Source: an uncultured Candidatus Saccharibacteria bacterium (GTDB taxonomy: Bacteria > Patescibacteriota > Minisyncoccia > Phycocordibacterales > UBA9973). From it: DNA of 64,000 nt. The stretch lies in assembly GCA_964606285.1 (NCBI GenBank), contig CAZSFP010000003.1, positions 84,967-148,966 on the forward strand. The letters run 5' to 3'. Shown in pieces: positions 1-9,492 of this stretch (within the stretch, counting starts at the first letter, position 1; every line of letters starts with the position of its first letter). The notes under the pieces were generated by a model. It ran no database searches. It worked only from the letters and a program-made list of their open reading frames with translations, and had not been told where the DNA came from. The position numbers and the translations under genes are program-made.

Positions 1-107
1 AGAGTGTCGATTATCGCAGTAATGATGCCATCGACAACCTGATCTGCTTGAACTTTTGTGCCACCGATTTGTTGGTGAACGAGTTCAGCGAGTGCTTGTT
101 TGTTCAT
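1..107 (-). CDS. hup: HU family DNA-binding protein, 5' part (runs off the window edge)
   Basis: Manual translation from ATG at 107: MNKQALAELVHQQIGGTKVQADQVVDGIITAIIDTL, a typical HU N-terminus. Not in the ORF track. Confidence 0.85.
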   Translation of the reverse strand, partial: MNKQALAELVHQQIGGTKVQADQVVDGIITAIIDT

Positions 108-320
108 GAATAGTACTATTTAAACTAGTAATGCGATCCGAGTGGATCGTTCGCTTTTCTCCTCGAGGAGAGGTGCTTACGCAGGGTATGCTTAAGCTAC
201 AGGCATTATATACCAATGACTTTTCAAGAGCAAAGTATTGACAGGGGATAAAAAGAGTTGGGTTTGTTGACAGATTTTGTGAATCATATAGTATGAACGC
301 AAATCGTTATTTAATATCTT

Positions 321-1121
321 ATGAATACATATCCATATTCTCTTGATGATTTCAATATCAGCGCACTGTCTCAAATAGTAGATTTGCCAAAAGATTTTGT
401 AAAAAAAGAACTTTTAAGCGCCTTGATGATTCATGAACTTCGATATAAAAGACAGTCTTTCATCCGTGGAAAATATGCATTTCATGCTGCATATACTCAT
501 TACAAAACAATTGATATATATGAAAATCCTTTGACTGCCGCACGGTTTCTCGTGTCGCTTGCACGGAAAACAAACAAGCCCTTTCAGGCCGAAGAATTAT
601 TTTATGAAATATGTTTGTTGCGACTGATATATGACATCGGCACAAAGAGTTATCATGATTTTGACCATGCGTTTGACAGATATCCGCGGGCAGGGGTTTC
701 TGGGCAGGCATTGTCTTTGGATGCAAAAAAACAACTCGAGAAACATCTTGACTCTGCGGAGTTGTGGATGATTCGGACATTAACAAATGAAGTTAAAGCA
801 ATTCATACTTGGAAAATAATGTACGGTATTTTTGTTAAAAAAGATTATGATAAGACAAGAGATTATGTTTTATTAATGGATCATTGTGATGCACCGTTAT
901 GGATGAAAACAAGGATAACAAAAGCATATACTGATGCCTTGGCGATACACAACAAGCCATCCATAGTAGATTTTTTTTATGACGAATTGAGCGAAAATAA
1001 AAAAACTCTTTCATTTACAGGAAAGATAGCGCTGCTTTCATGTGCTGAAAAACATGCATTCAGACAAAAGTCTGTGCCGAGTCCTGTCAAAGAATCGGTG
1101 ACACATGTGCCACATGATTGA
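321..1121 (+). CDS. AT-rich orphan hypothetical protein (266 aa)
   Basis: Long ORF with TTGACA at 267-272 upstream and a terminator at 1139-1166; no family recognised. Confidence 0.7.
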   Translation: MNTYPYSLDDFNISALSQIVDLPKDFVKKELLSALMIHELRYKRQSFIRGKYAFHAAYTHYKTIDIYENPLTAARFLVSLARKTNKPFQAEELFYEICLLRLIYDIGTKSYHDFDHAFDRYPRAGVSGQALSLDAKKQLEKHLDSAELWMIRTLTNEVKAIHTWKIMYGIFVKKDYDKTRDYVLLMDHCDAPLWMKTRITKAYTDALAIHNKPSIVDFFYDELSENKKTLSFTGKIALLSCAEKHAFRQKSVPSPVKESVTHVPHD

Positions 1122-1138
1122 TATGATTCCTGAAAACA

Positions 1139-1166
1139 AAAATTCCCCTTATATTAGGGGAATTTT
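1139..1166. terminator. Intrinsic terminator hairpin
   Basis: AAAATTCCCCT-6nt-AGGGGAATTTT directly after the ORF stop. Confidence 0.75.
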
Positions 1167-1247
1167 ATTTTGGAAAAATGAATTTGACAACCGGTATTGC
1201 AAATAGTAATGTGAAGAAAAATTATAGCATTCAAAAACCCAATTATA

Positions 1248-1676
1248 ATGGCAAAAAAGAAACTTTCTTTTTCTAAAATTTTTGACTACGAAAAAGCAAA
1301 AATAGATGCTTTAAAAAACTTTAAAAATTCAGTAATACAATTTCGCAAAGAACTTATCTTGATATTGACTTCTAAGCACAACATAATACTGCCCGCCGCA
1401 GTAAATGTATCAGCAAATGCGGTTGAAAAAACAAAAAATGAAGGTTTTGAATTTACTCTCACTTCAATTTCAACAAAACTTCATTGCGTTGTGTTTCCGA
1501 GTGGCAAAGTTTCATTTAGGCTTTTTAAAGAAATAGAAGGGAAGCCTGATGAAGAATGTCCAACTATTTCAAGGTTTAAACTGGTAACGGTATCAAGGGT
1601 GAAAAAGTATTCAGGGCAAATAAGGTTCAGTGAATTACTTGGTTCAATTGCAAGGGATATCAAGTCTAAAGAATAG
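1248..1676 (+). CDS. AT-rich, basic orphan hypothetical protein (142 aa)
   Basis: ORF with promoter TTGACA(1184)-17-TAATGT and a terminator at 1688-1717. Confidence 0.7.
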   Translation: MAKKKLSFSKIFDYEKAKIDALKNFKNSVIQFRKELILILTSKHNIILPAAVNVSANAVEKTKNEGFEFTLTSISTKLHCVVFPSGKVSFRLFKEIEGKPDEECPTISRFKLVTVSRVKKYSGQIRFSELLGSIARDIKSKE

Positions 1677-1687
1677 AGTTATAAACT

Positions 1688-1717
1688 AAAAATCGCAACT
1701 ATACAGCTGCGATTTTT
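1688..1717. terminator. Bidirectional terminator between the orphan and convergent rny
   Basis: AAAAATCGCA(A)CT...AG(C)TGCGATTTTT with A and T tracts on both sides. Confidence 0.7.
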
Positions 1718-1736
1718 TTATTGCCATCAAAATCTA

Positions 1737-3263
1737 CTACCGGGCGTATTCAATAATTCTATTCTCTCGAATAAGTGTTACTTTGATTTCTCCTGGGTAT
1801 CGAAGCTCGGATTCGATATGGTCTGCGATGGATCGGGCGAGATGGTGTGCTTCTATGTCAGTTACTTTGTCAGGGGAGACAAAGACACGGATTTCACGGC
1901 CGGCTTGGATGGCGTATGTCTTGTCGATGCCATCAAATGCGTTGACGAGGGATTCGAGTTCAGCGAGGCGTTTCAAATAGTTTTCAACTGTATCACTGCG
2001 AGCACCTGGGCGACCACCGGAGATATAGTCGGATGTCTGAACGATGACGGCTTCGATTGTTTCGTGCGGACAATCATCGTGGTGCGATTTCATCGCAGTG
2101 ATGATACGTGGGTCAGCACCGAATTTCTGAAGGATACGCATGCCAATATCGATGTGGGTACCTTGGACTTCATGATCGAGCGCTTTGCCGATATCGTGAA
2201 CGAGTGCACCTGCTTTGGCAATAGCAACATCACCACCGAGTTCTTCGGCAAGCATGCCAGCAATGTGGGCAACTTCGATTGAGTGTTGAAGAACGTTTTG
2301 TCCGTAACTGGTTCGGAAATGGAGGCGGCCGAGAACCGCAACGATACGTGGATCGAGGTTGTAGATACCGCATTCGTACACTGCCGCACTACCTTTTTCT
2401 TTGATGATGGCACTGATGTCTTCTTTTGCTTGTGCAAGCATCTCTTCGATCTTTGCTGGCTGGATGCGGCCATCTGCGATGAGACGCTCGAGGGCGATGC
2501 GTGCAGTGTGTCGGCGGATCGGATCAAATGAAGAGACAACGATTGCATTTGGTGTGTCATCGATGACGAGTTCGACACCGGCAATGCGTTCAAAAGTCTT
2601 GATGTTGCGGCCTTCTTTGCCGATGATTTTGCCTTTGATTTCGTCTGATGGAAGAATAACAGTTGTTGTCGTAAGTTCTGCGGCAGTGGATGTTGCGAGG
2701 CGGTTGACCGCACTGGCAAGAATCGTCTTTGCGCGACGGTTAATGAACTCCGTATTGCCAGTTTCTAATTTTTGCATACGAATAAGCAGGTCAGATGCAT
2801 ATCGTTCCTCGATCGTTTTGAGGAGCATGTCACGGGCATCTGCTTCGGTAAGACCGGCGATTTGTTCCAATTCTTTTTCTTTTGATGCTTCCAATGCTTC
2901 GGCGCGGGTACGGATTTCTTTGATTTCTTCTATTTGGCGTTTGATGGCATCGGCATCACGATCGATGTCGCGTTGACGGTCATCGAGTAAAGATTCTTTT
3001 TTAATAAGGCGTTCTTCGGTTTTCTTTTGTTCATGTTCGCGGATTTTTGCTTCTTCTTTTGCTTCAGTAATCAGAAATTCTGCTTTTTCTCGGGCTTCAT
3101 CGGTGATGTTCGTCGCTTCTTCGCGTGCGTGCATCATCATCTGCTTGATGTCGATCTCAATCGATCGGCGCTGCGCAAGGGCAATCACTCGTCGCAAAAA
3201 GTAGCCGACGAGCCCGCCGAGGAGCAGTCCTCCGGCGGTAAACAATATGATTATAAGGTTCAT
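1737..3263 (-). CDS. rny: Ribonuclease Y
   Basis: N-terminal TM, coiled coil, KH domain (KGKIIGKEGRNI), HD domain (HSIEVAH...LVHDIGK), C-terminal YAIQAGREIRV. Confidence 0.97.
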   Translation of the reverse strand: MNLIIILFTAGGLLLGGLVGYFLRRVIALAQRRSIEIDIKQMMMHAREEATNITDEAREKAEFLITEAKEEAKIREHEQKKTEERLIKKESLLDDRQRDIDRDADAIKRQIEEIKEIRTRAEALEASKEKELEQIAGLTEADARDMLLKTIEERYASDLLIRMQKLETGNTEFINRRAKTILASAVNRLATSTAAELTTTTVILPSDEIKGKIIGKEGRNIKTFERIAGVELVIDDTPNAIVVSSFDPIRRHTARIALERLIADGRIQPAKIEEMLAQAKEDISAIIKEKGSAAVYECGIYNLDPRIVAVLGRLHFRTSYGQNVLQHSIEVAHIAGMLAEELGGDVAIAKAGALVHDIGKALDHEVQGTHIDIGMRILQKFGADPRIITAMKSHHDDCPHETIEAVIVQTSDYISGGRPGARSDTVENYLKRLAELESLVNAFDGIDKTYAIQAGREIRVFVSPDKVTDIEAHHLARSIADHIESELRYPGEIKVTLIRENRIIEYAR

Positions 3264-3386
3264 GGGGTTTCAGTTAAAATTCGTAAATGGTGATCGTGAC
3301 TATCGTATCTTTAAAATAGCATATAAAATTTTTATTGTAAAATTTACTTGTTTTATTGTCTTTTAAAAAAACGGTATAATGGACAT

Positions 3387-4064
3387 ATGAAAACAAAAAT
3401 TATAACAGCAGGGTTGGTAGGAATCGTTATTTTGGTGGGGGTCTTTCTGTACGTCACTCGTCCAGTCAGTGCGCCGACAGAAGATATTCAAAATGATGTT
3501 GCGGCAGTCCCACAAACAGACGATACGACAGAAAAAGAAATGAGCATTGTCCAAAGTGAGTCAAAAGCTGAATTTTCATTGAGTGAAGTATTGCGTGGAA
3601 CACCAACGAAAGTTGTCGGAACAACAAATCAGATTGCTGGAAATATGACAATCAAAAGTTCAGCACCAGCAAAGATCACAATAGGTGAAGTCAAAGTGAA
3701 TGCACGAACACTGAAGACTGATAATGAACAGCGAAACGGCGCGATCGCCCGCCTCATCCTCAAATCCGAAGATCCTGCGTATGAATATATTACGTTCACA
3801 TCGACGGCTGTCACCGGCGTTCCAAACGAGATCAAAACAAACGTTTCATTCCCATTTTCTGTGACAGGCGATCTCACAATCCACGGCATGACAAAATCAA
3901 TCACCTTTACCGCGCAGGGAACACTTCGAGCTGATGGATCATTCGCAGCAACCGCTGAACATATCGTCACCTATGCAGACTTCGGCATCTCTGTTCCAAA
4001 TCTCCCATTCCTCGCCAATGTCGATAAAACAGCAAAACTCTCTGTTTCTATAGTTGCGAGATAA
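3387..4064 (+). CDS. YceI-like (lipid/polyisoprenoid-binding) protein with N-terminal membrane anchor
   Basis: Motifs ESKAEF, LKTDNEQRN, YITFTS, VTGDLTIHGMTK, DFGI. ATG at 3387 follows TATAAT at 3375. Confidence 0.85.
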   Translation: MKTKIITAGLVGIVILVGVFLYVTRPVSAPTEDIQNDVAAVPQTDDTTEKEMSIVQSESKAEFSLSEVLRGTPTKVVGTTNQIAGNMTIKSSAPAKITIGEVKVNARTLKTDNEQRNGAIARLILKSEDPAYEYITFTSTAVTGVPNEIKTNVSFPFSVTGDLTIHGMTKSITFTAQGTLRADGSFAATAEHIVTYADFGISVPNLPFLANVDKTAKLSVSIVAR

Positions 4065-4080
4065 AAATCTTGGGCTGTAT

Positions 4081-4124
4081 TAGTAAAACCACATATACGC
4101 CATGGCGTATATGTGGTTTTACTA
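4081..4124. repeat. Perfect 44-bp palindrome, probably the terminator of the YceI gene
   Basis: TAGTAAAACCACATATACGCCA|TGGCGTATATGTGGTTTTACTA. Confidence 0.85.
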
Positions 4125-4205
4125 TGTGAATGTTGAATGTGTATTATTTGACAAAAATATTATAAATGATATTATACAAAAAATATCGTTTTTTAAACAT
4201 AAACA

Positions 4206-4568
4206 ATGAAAAGAAAAATAACAGACAAAACTGCTGGCTTAACAAGTCTTTTTCCTCCTCGTATTATATATACACTTTCTGACAGAGAAATGACCACTGA
4301 TCAGATAATTAGAGAAATGCTTAATCAAAAAGCTACAAGAACGTTTACTTTATCTTCACTTAAGGAAGTACTGAAACGTTTCAATGACAAGATTCAAAAT
4401 TTTGATGAATTTGCATTCTTAGCCAGACACATTGCTGGAGGTGGGCATGTCTTGGTAAAAGTCGTTTACAAGAAATTAAAGAGAGATGAAGAGTTTGTCA
4501 TTACTGAAATAAAGTATAACGATTCAAAATGGCCAAAAGGAACCTTTATTGCTTATGCATACGATTAG
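4206..4568 (+). CDS. AT-rich orphan protein, possibly winged-helix-like
   Basis: ORF with TTGACA at 4148 and a terminator at 4574-4604; REMTTDQIIREML...TLSSLKEVLKR is only loosely wHTH-like. Confidence 0.65.
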   Translation: MKRKITDKTAGLTSLFPPRIIYTLSDREMTTDQIIREMLNQKATRTFTLSSLKEVLKRFNDKIQNFDEFAFLARHIAGGGHVLVKVVYKKLKRDEEFVITEIKYNDSKWPKGTFIAYAYD

Positions 4569-4573
4569 AAATA

Positions 4574-4604
4574 AAAAAATCCCTCAATAATCGGGGGATT
4601 TTTT
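4574..4604. terminator. Bidirectional terminator (orphan / clpP)
   Basis: AAAAAATCCCTC...GGGGGATTTTTT. Confidence 0.75.
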
Positions 4605-4640
4605 ACTAAGCACTAAAGACTATCGACTAAAGACTGAATT

Positions 4641-5231
4641 CTACTTGCTGCTTTTTGATTTCGTAATGATTTCATCAACGATACCGTATTTTTTCGCTTC
4701 TTCCGCACTCATCCAACTATCGCGTTCGACATCGGACTCGATCTTTGAAAGCTTTTGTCCGGTGTTTTTTGCGAATATGTCATTTAACTGTGCACGAAGT
4801 TTAACGATATGTTTTGCAGAGATTTCGATATCGGAAGCTTGCCCTTCGGCACCGCCAGATGGTTGATGAATCATTACTTCAGCATTTGGAAGGACAAAAC
4901 GTTTGCCTTTTTGACCACCCGCAAGAAGGAAAGCCCCCATAGATGCTGCCATCCCGATACAGATAGTTGAGACATCTGGTTTGATGAACTGCATGGTGTC
5001 ATAGATCGCAAGTCCGGCAGAGATGGATCCACCTGGAGAGTTGATGTAGAGCTTGATGTCCGCTTTCGGATCTTCATTTGCAAGGAAGATGAGCTGAGCG
5101 ATGACAATGTTTGCCATATGATCATCGATCGGACCGCCGAGGAAAATGATACGGTCACGAAGGAGGCGTGAGTAGATGTCATATGCGCGTTCGCCCATTG
5201 GGGATTTTTCGATAACGGTTGGGATTAACAT
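4641..5231 (-). CDS. clpP: ATP-dependent Clp protease proteolytic subunit
   Basis: [29 protein letters not shown] (catalytic Ser), MIHQP (His). Confidence 0.98.
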   Translation of the reverse strand: MLIPTVIEKSPMGERAYDIYSRLLRDRIIFLGGPIDDHMANIVIAQLIFLANEDPKADIKLYINSPGGSISAGLAIYDTMQFIKPDVSTICIGMAASMGAFLLAGGQKGKRFVLPNAEVMIHQPSGGAEGQASDIEISAKHIVKLRAQLNDIFAKNTGQKLSKIESDVERDSWMSAEEAKKYGIVDEIITKSKSSK

Positions 5232-5281
5232 AAGTGTAAATAATTTAAAGTAATAATTGGTTGAATGTTTATTTTACCATA

Positions 5282-6325
5282 TTAGCGGCTCTCCAAAAAT
5301 GCAAAGACCTTTTCGTTGGCGAGCATCATTGCTGCGTACGCTTGGAGACGCATTGGGTCAGCTGATGCATACATTTCACTTAATTTCTTTACTTCAGTAT
5401 CTATTTCTTCTTGAGTTGGTTCAAGTTTTTCATTTTCTGCAATTTTTTGAATCGCGAGTTGGAGCATGACGCGCTTGCGGGCATCAGTTTCCCATTCTTT
5501 TTTCAAATCATCTTTGGTTTTTTGGATATGTGTCAGATAATCGTCAAATTTCATGCCCATGCGTTCGATGTCTGTCGTCATAGTGTGAAGCATTTTGTCG
5601 AGCTCGGCATCGATGAGGAGAGCAGGGACATCAGCAGATGTTTCTGCAATTATTTTTTCAACGATTGCAATGCGGTGTTTTTCATGATGACTTTTTTCTT
5701 TGTCTTCATTCATATTTTTTCGCATTTTTTCTGTAAAGTCGGCAACGTCTTTGAAATCACCGAGTGTCTGTACAAATGCGTCATCGAGTTCCGGCATCGG
5801 TGCATCATGATCATGAGATGGCTCCTCTCCCTCTTTGTCATTTTCTTTGTGGTGTTTCATGTGGCGGACGCGTTCAATCGCTTTTTCCATTTCTTCGTCA
5901 GTAACAGCTTCGACAGTGCCTTTGTTTTTGTTTTCTTCTTTGGCGATTTTTTTGTAGTCGGGGAGTGTGACTTCGGGGATAACTGCGGTTGTGATTTTGA
6001 AACCGAGTGGATTGCTGGCTGCAAGTTTTGTAATCATGACTTGTGGTTGACCGATCGCGTCGATTTTATTTTCTTTCATGATTGCGGGATATATTTCAGC
6101 GATCGCATATTCTGCCATTTCTTGGAGAATAGCATCCGGAGTGACATTTTTTTCTACCATATCGATCGGCGCTTTTCCTTTGCGGAATCCCGGAATTTCT
6201 ATTTGGGCAGCGATATATTCGATCGCTTTCGGACGATATGCTTCAAATGATGCACTATCCAATTCGCCCGCTAATTCGACGAGTCCGTGTGGTTGTTTTG
6301 TGATTGTTACTGCTGGTGTTTTCAT
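5282..6325 (-). CDS. tig: Trigger factor lacking the central FKBP PPIase domain
   Basis: IPGFRKGKAP ribosome-binding motif, PELDDAFV and C-terminal chaperone domain; only 347 aa; directly upstream of clpP. Confidence 0.92.
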   Translation of the reverse strand: MKTPAVTITKQPHGLVELAGELDSASFEAYRPKAIEYIAAQIEIPGFRKGKAPIDMVEKNVTPDAILQEMAEYAIAEIYPAIMKENKIDAIGQPQVMITKLAASNPLGFKITTAVIPEVTLPDYKKIAKEENKNKGTVEAVTDEEMEKAIERVRHMKHHKENDKEGEEPSHDHDAPMPELDDAFVQTLGDFKDVADFTEKMRKNMNEDKEKSHHEKHRIAIVEKIIAETSADVPALLIDAELDKMLHTMTTDIERMGMKFDDYLTHIQKTKDDLKKEWETDARKRVMLQLAIQKIAENEKLEPTQEEIDTEVKKLSEMYASADPMRLQAYAAMMLANEKVFAFLESR

Positions 6326-6360
6326 GTGTGGTTTACTTATTTTTATCGTGCCAGTCTAGC

Positions 6361-6393
6361 ATAAACCCCCTGTTTTTGAAACAGGGGGTTTAT
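6361..6393. terminator. Intrinsic terminator hairpin
   Basis: ATAAACCCCCTGTTT-TTG-AAACAGGGGGTTTAT. Confidence 0.75.
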
Positions 6394-6408
6394 GGATTTT
6401 TGTTTTGA

Positions 6409-6831
6409 TTAAAAGAAGGTTTTGAAGAATCCTTTTATTTTTTCGAATGTCGATTTTTGAGCTGGGGCTGCCATTGTTGCCGTTGGTGCTTTCTTGTCTT
6501 TTTTGAGTTCGAGGCGCATGTTCTCGCGCTCGTTCTTTTGTTTGAGGCGGAATTCATCGCGTTTCTTTTTGATGATGTTGTCTTCCTCATTTACGATGAT
6601 CTCTGTATCAGTGCCGACTGTCTCATCTGTTTTACTATCTTCGTTGACACTGTCTTTTTTGTCGTCAGTTAGAGTTTTTGAAACATCTGTAGATTGTTCG
6701 TCGATTGAAATAACGACACTGTCAGCAAGCGCGTCGACTGGAGGAGTGGTATTTTCCGGGATAAGTGTTGCCCCGGCGAGGACTGGAACAGCTGCAAAGC
6801 CGGCAACAAGTAAAATAAGATATTTTTTCAT
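6409..6831 (-). CDS. Secreted hypothetical protein
   Basis: Signal peptide MKKYLILLVAGFAAVPVLA; acidic middle; amphipathic C-terminus FEKIKGFFKTFF. Start moved to ATG 6831. Confidence 0.75.
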   Translation of the reverse strand: MKKYLILLVAGFAAVPVLAGATLIPENTTPPVDALADSVVISIDEQSTDVSKTLTDDKKDSVNEDSKTDETVGTDTEIIVNEEDNIIKKKRDEFRLKQKNERENMRLELKKDKKAPTATMAAPAQKSTFEKIKGFFKTFF

Positions 6832-6862
6832 ACGGGAGTATACTACCATAGAAACAGAAAAA

Positions 6863-6895
6863 AGAAAACCCTGATTTAAACAAATCAGGGTTTTC
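6863..6895. terminator. Terminator of the nusA-ppa unit
   Basis: AGAAAACCCTGATTT-AAAC-AAATCAGGGTTTTCT. Confidence 0.75.
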
Positions 6896-6911
6896 TCCTT
6901 TAAAAATAAGG

Positions 6912-7499
6912 TTATTTTGCAAGTTTTGGAGCGTACTCTTTTTGGTATCTCTCAGCGCACTCTTTGATTATCTGAGCGGCTTCGTCTTTGCCAAAAAATC
7001 CCAATACTTTGCAGGTTCCTGGCTTTTTGAGGTCTTTATAGTGCTCAAAATAGTGTTCAGTCTCTTTTTGCCAGTGATCACCGAGATCTTTGTAGGTATC
7101 GATGTGATCCATTCGTTTGTCATCGGCGAGGACAGTGATGACTTTGTCATCACGCTCACCGCCGTCTTCGAATTTCATGATACCGATGACGCGCACTTCA
7201 GCGAGAGATCCTGGTACCAATGGTTCAGTGACATTTGCAATGATGAAATCAAGCATGTCATTGTCCTGATCCCATGTCTGCGGAATAAGTCCGTAGGCGA
7301 CAGGGTAGGTCAGTGATGAATATCCGACACGATCGAGTTTGAGTTGTCCGGATTCGGTGATGAATTCGTATTTGTTGATTGAGTTGGTGTTGATCTCAAC
7401 AAGTCCGTGAACGATACCTTTCGCTTCATCAGCGTATGGTGTGAGGACGTGCAACAAGTTGAGCATGTATTTTGATGGTTCGTGATTGATGTTTGCCAT
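6912..7499 (-). CDS. ppa: Inorganic pyrophosphatase, family I
   Basis: NKYE, LKLDR, YPVAYGLIPQT, DNDMLD, DDKVI, YKDL motifs. Confidence 0.93.
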   Translation of the reverse strand: MANINHEPSKYMLNLLHVLTPYADEAKGIVHGLVEINTNSINKYEFITESGQLKLDRVGYSSLTYPVAYGLIPQTWDQDNDMLDFIIANVTEPLVPGSLAEVRVIGIMKFEDGGERDDKVITVLADDKRMDHIDTYKDLGDHWQKETEHYFEHYKDLKKPGTCKVLGFFGKDEAAQIIKECAERYQKEYAPKLAK

Positions 7500-7534
7500 A
7501 GAACAGGTAAAAGGTTAGAGAGATAAGGTTATAG

Positions 7535-8833
7535 TTATTTTCCAGCTTCTTCTGTTTCTTCAACGGCTTCTGCAGGAGCTTCTGTTGCTATTGATTCTTC
7601 TACTACTTCAACTGGGTCAGCGTCTTTTTCTTCTGTTGATTCTTCGGTTACATCTTTTTTCAAATCTGCGAGAGAAACGAAACCGTCTTCTTCTTTGTTT
7701 TCATCAGATGAAATCATATCACTTGAACTGACGCCTTTGATATCGATTCTCCAGCCAGTCAATTTTGCGGCGAGGCGAACGTTTTGTCCTGCTTTACCAA
7801 TGGCGAGTGAGAGCTGGTCATCCGCGACATCGACGCGTGCGGTTTTTTGTTCCGCATCAATGACGATATCGAGAACCTTTGCAGGAGAGAGTGCCTTGGC
7901 GACAAACGTACTTGGGTCTTCTGACCACTCGATGATATCGATTTTTTCACCACCGAGTTCGCTCATGACAGTCGTAACACGGATACCTTTCTGACCGACA
8001 CAGGATCCGACTGGATCGATGTTTGGGTCTGTTGTTGCAACCGCGATTTTTGATCGAGCGCCTGCTTCGCGGGCGATGGATTTGATTTCGACGACACCAC
8101 TGGCAACTTCCGGTGCTTCCATTTCAAATAATTTCTTGATCATTTGTGGATGGGTACGAGAAAGTCGAAGAGTAACGCCACGTGGACCTTCTTCGACATC
8201 ATAGAGATATGCGCGAATACGTTCACCACGATGAAAGATCTCACCGCGAATTTGTTCTTGTGGGAGAATGATGCCGGTTGCACGGTTGAATTCAACAGTG
8301 ATGATGCCGCGCTCCATTTTTTGGACGATACCGCTGATAATTTCGCCTTCACGTGTACCGAATTCATCGAGCACTGCTGCTTTTTCTGCATCACGGATTT
8401 TTTGAATGATAACTTGTTTTGCGGTCTGCGCTGCGACACGACCGAAATCTTCTTTGAGTTCAAGAGGAAAGATGAGTTCGTCTTCTATCTGTGCATCACG
8501 TTTGATGATATGTGCATCTTCGAGGAGAATATGATGTTCTGGATTGAATCGAGTTCGTTCATCGCCTTCAGGACGGATTTCCTCTTCTTCGCTTTCTGTA
8601 TCTTTCGGCATATAGACGGTCGATTCATCCACGACGATTTTCACCTGGTAAAACTCTGTTTCCCCAGTGTCCATGTTGAAGTGGGCACGAACGATCTGGC
8701 CTTTCTTGCCGTAATCCTTTTTGTAGGCAGCGGCAAGGGCTTGTTCGATGGCTTCTATAATTTTTTCTTTTGGAATCTTGCGTTCTGTCTCGAGTTGTTC
8801 GAGCGCAAGCTTCATTGTTTTAAGGTCTAACAT
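7535..8833 (-). CDS. nusA: Transcription termination/antitermination factor NusA with acidic tail
   Basis: FGRVAAQTAKQVI, S1 domain, AREAGARSKIAV, AIGKAGQNVRLAAKLTGW. Confidence 0.98.
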   Translation of the reverse strand: MLDLKTMKLALEQLETERKIPKEKIIEAIEQALAAAYKKDYGKKGQIVRAHFNMDTGETEFYQVKIVVDESTVYMPKDTESEEEEIRPEGDERTRFNPEHHILLEDAHIIKRDAQIEDELIFPLELKEDFGRVAAQTAKQVIIQKIRDAEKAAVLDEFGTREGEIISGIVQKMERGIITVEFNRATGIILPQEQIRGEIFHRGERIRAYLYDVEEGPRGVTLRLSRTHPQMIKKLFEMEAPEVASGVVEIKSIAREAGARSKIAVATTDPNIDPVGSCVGQKGIRVTTVMSELGGEKIDIIEWSEDPSTFVAKALSPAKVLDIVIDAEQKTARVDVADDQLSLAIGKAGQNVRLAAKLTGWRIDIKGVSSSDMISSDENKEEDGFVSLADLKKDVTEESTEEKDADPVEVVEESIATEAPAEAVEETEEAGK

Positions 8834-8975
8834 ACTAGTAAGTAGTACGTAGTGAGTAGCAAGTAGTTATATACAATACTACACAATACATACGTTATAT
8901 TAAATTGTTTGTAAAAATGGTCCGCCCAAAGGGCGGACCAACACACGGACAATATACCATATCTTTTCAAAAAAC

Positions 8976-9002
8976 AAAATCCCCCATTGGGTGGGGGATT
9001 TT
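8976..9002. terminator. Intrinsic terminator hairpin
   Basis: AAAATCCCCCA-TTGGG-TGGGGGATTTT downstream of the 9030..9440 gene. Confidence 0.7.
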
Positions 9003-9029
9003 GCCGATTGAGACAAAGATTGTTCTGTA

Positions 9030-9440
9030 TTAAAGCACAACTTCCATATTTTGTTCACTTGGTGATTTGTCACCACAAGCTGTTCGGGAAGCATGGAATG
9101 TATTCCATGCTGCACGACGAGCTGCTTGATGTTCTTGTTTGGCTGATTTGATTGACGTGCTGTATGTTCGCCATGCAGATTTGATAGAATCTCGGCGAGT
9201 TTTGCCGGACATATCCCATGATGCTTTCAATGCATCTTTTCGGATTGTGAGAGCTGTTCGAACCTTGCCACTAAAAGTATCGAGTCCGGTCATGATGGAA
9301 GTGTCACGAACTTCGATCGCAGATTTCATACATTCTGCATTGATCGTTGCTTCGGTTGGCGGTACCGGAGAGAGCGCAAATACCGGAGCGCTAGTAAAAA
9401 GAAAACTTAACAAAACAATACTTGAAGATATAAATTTCAT
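9030..9440 (-). CDS. Secreted helical hypothetical protein
   Basis: Signal peptide ending VFA; two Cys; repeated (S/A)AW motifs. Confidence 0.75.
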   Translation of the reverse strand: MKFISSSIVLLSFLFTSAPVFALSPVPPTEATINAECMKSAIEVRDTSIMTGLDTFSGKVRTALTIRKDALKASWDMSGKTRRDSIKSAWRTYSTSIKSAKQEHQAARRAAWNTFHASRTACGDKSPSEQNMEVVL

Positions 9441-9492
9441 ATGATTTGTTTTTATTTCGTATTATTGCGGACGACTCCGCAGAGCTATATTG

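Noticed and set aside
108-200. tRNA or named ncRNA upstream of hup
   Set aside because: Only two or three short hairpins (CGATCC/GGATCG, TCTCCTC/GAGGAGA); no cloverleaf or T-loop consensus. Likely just the hup 5' UTR.
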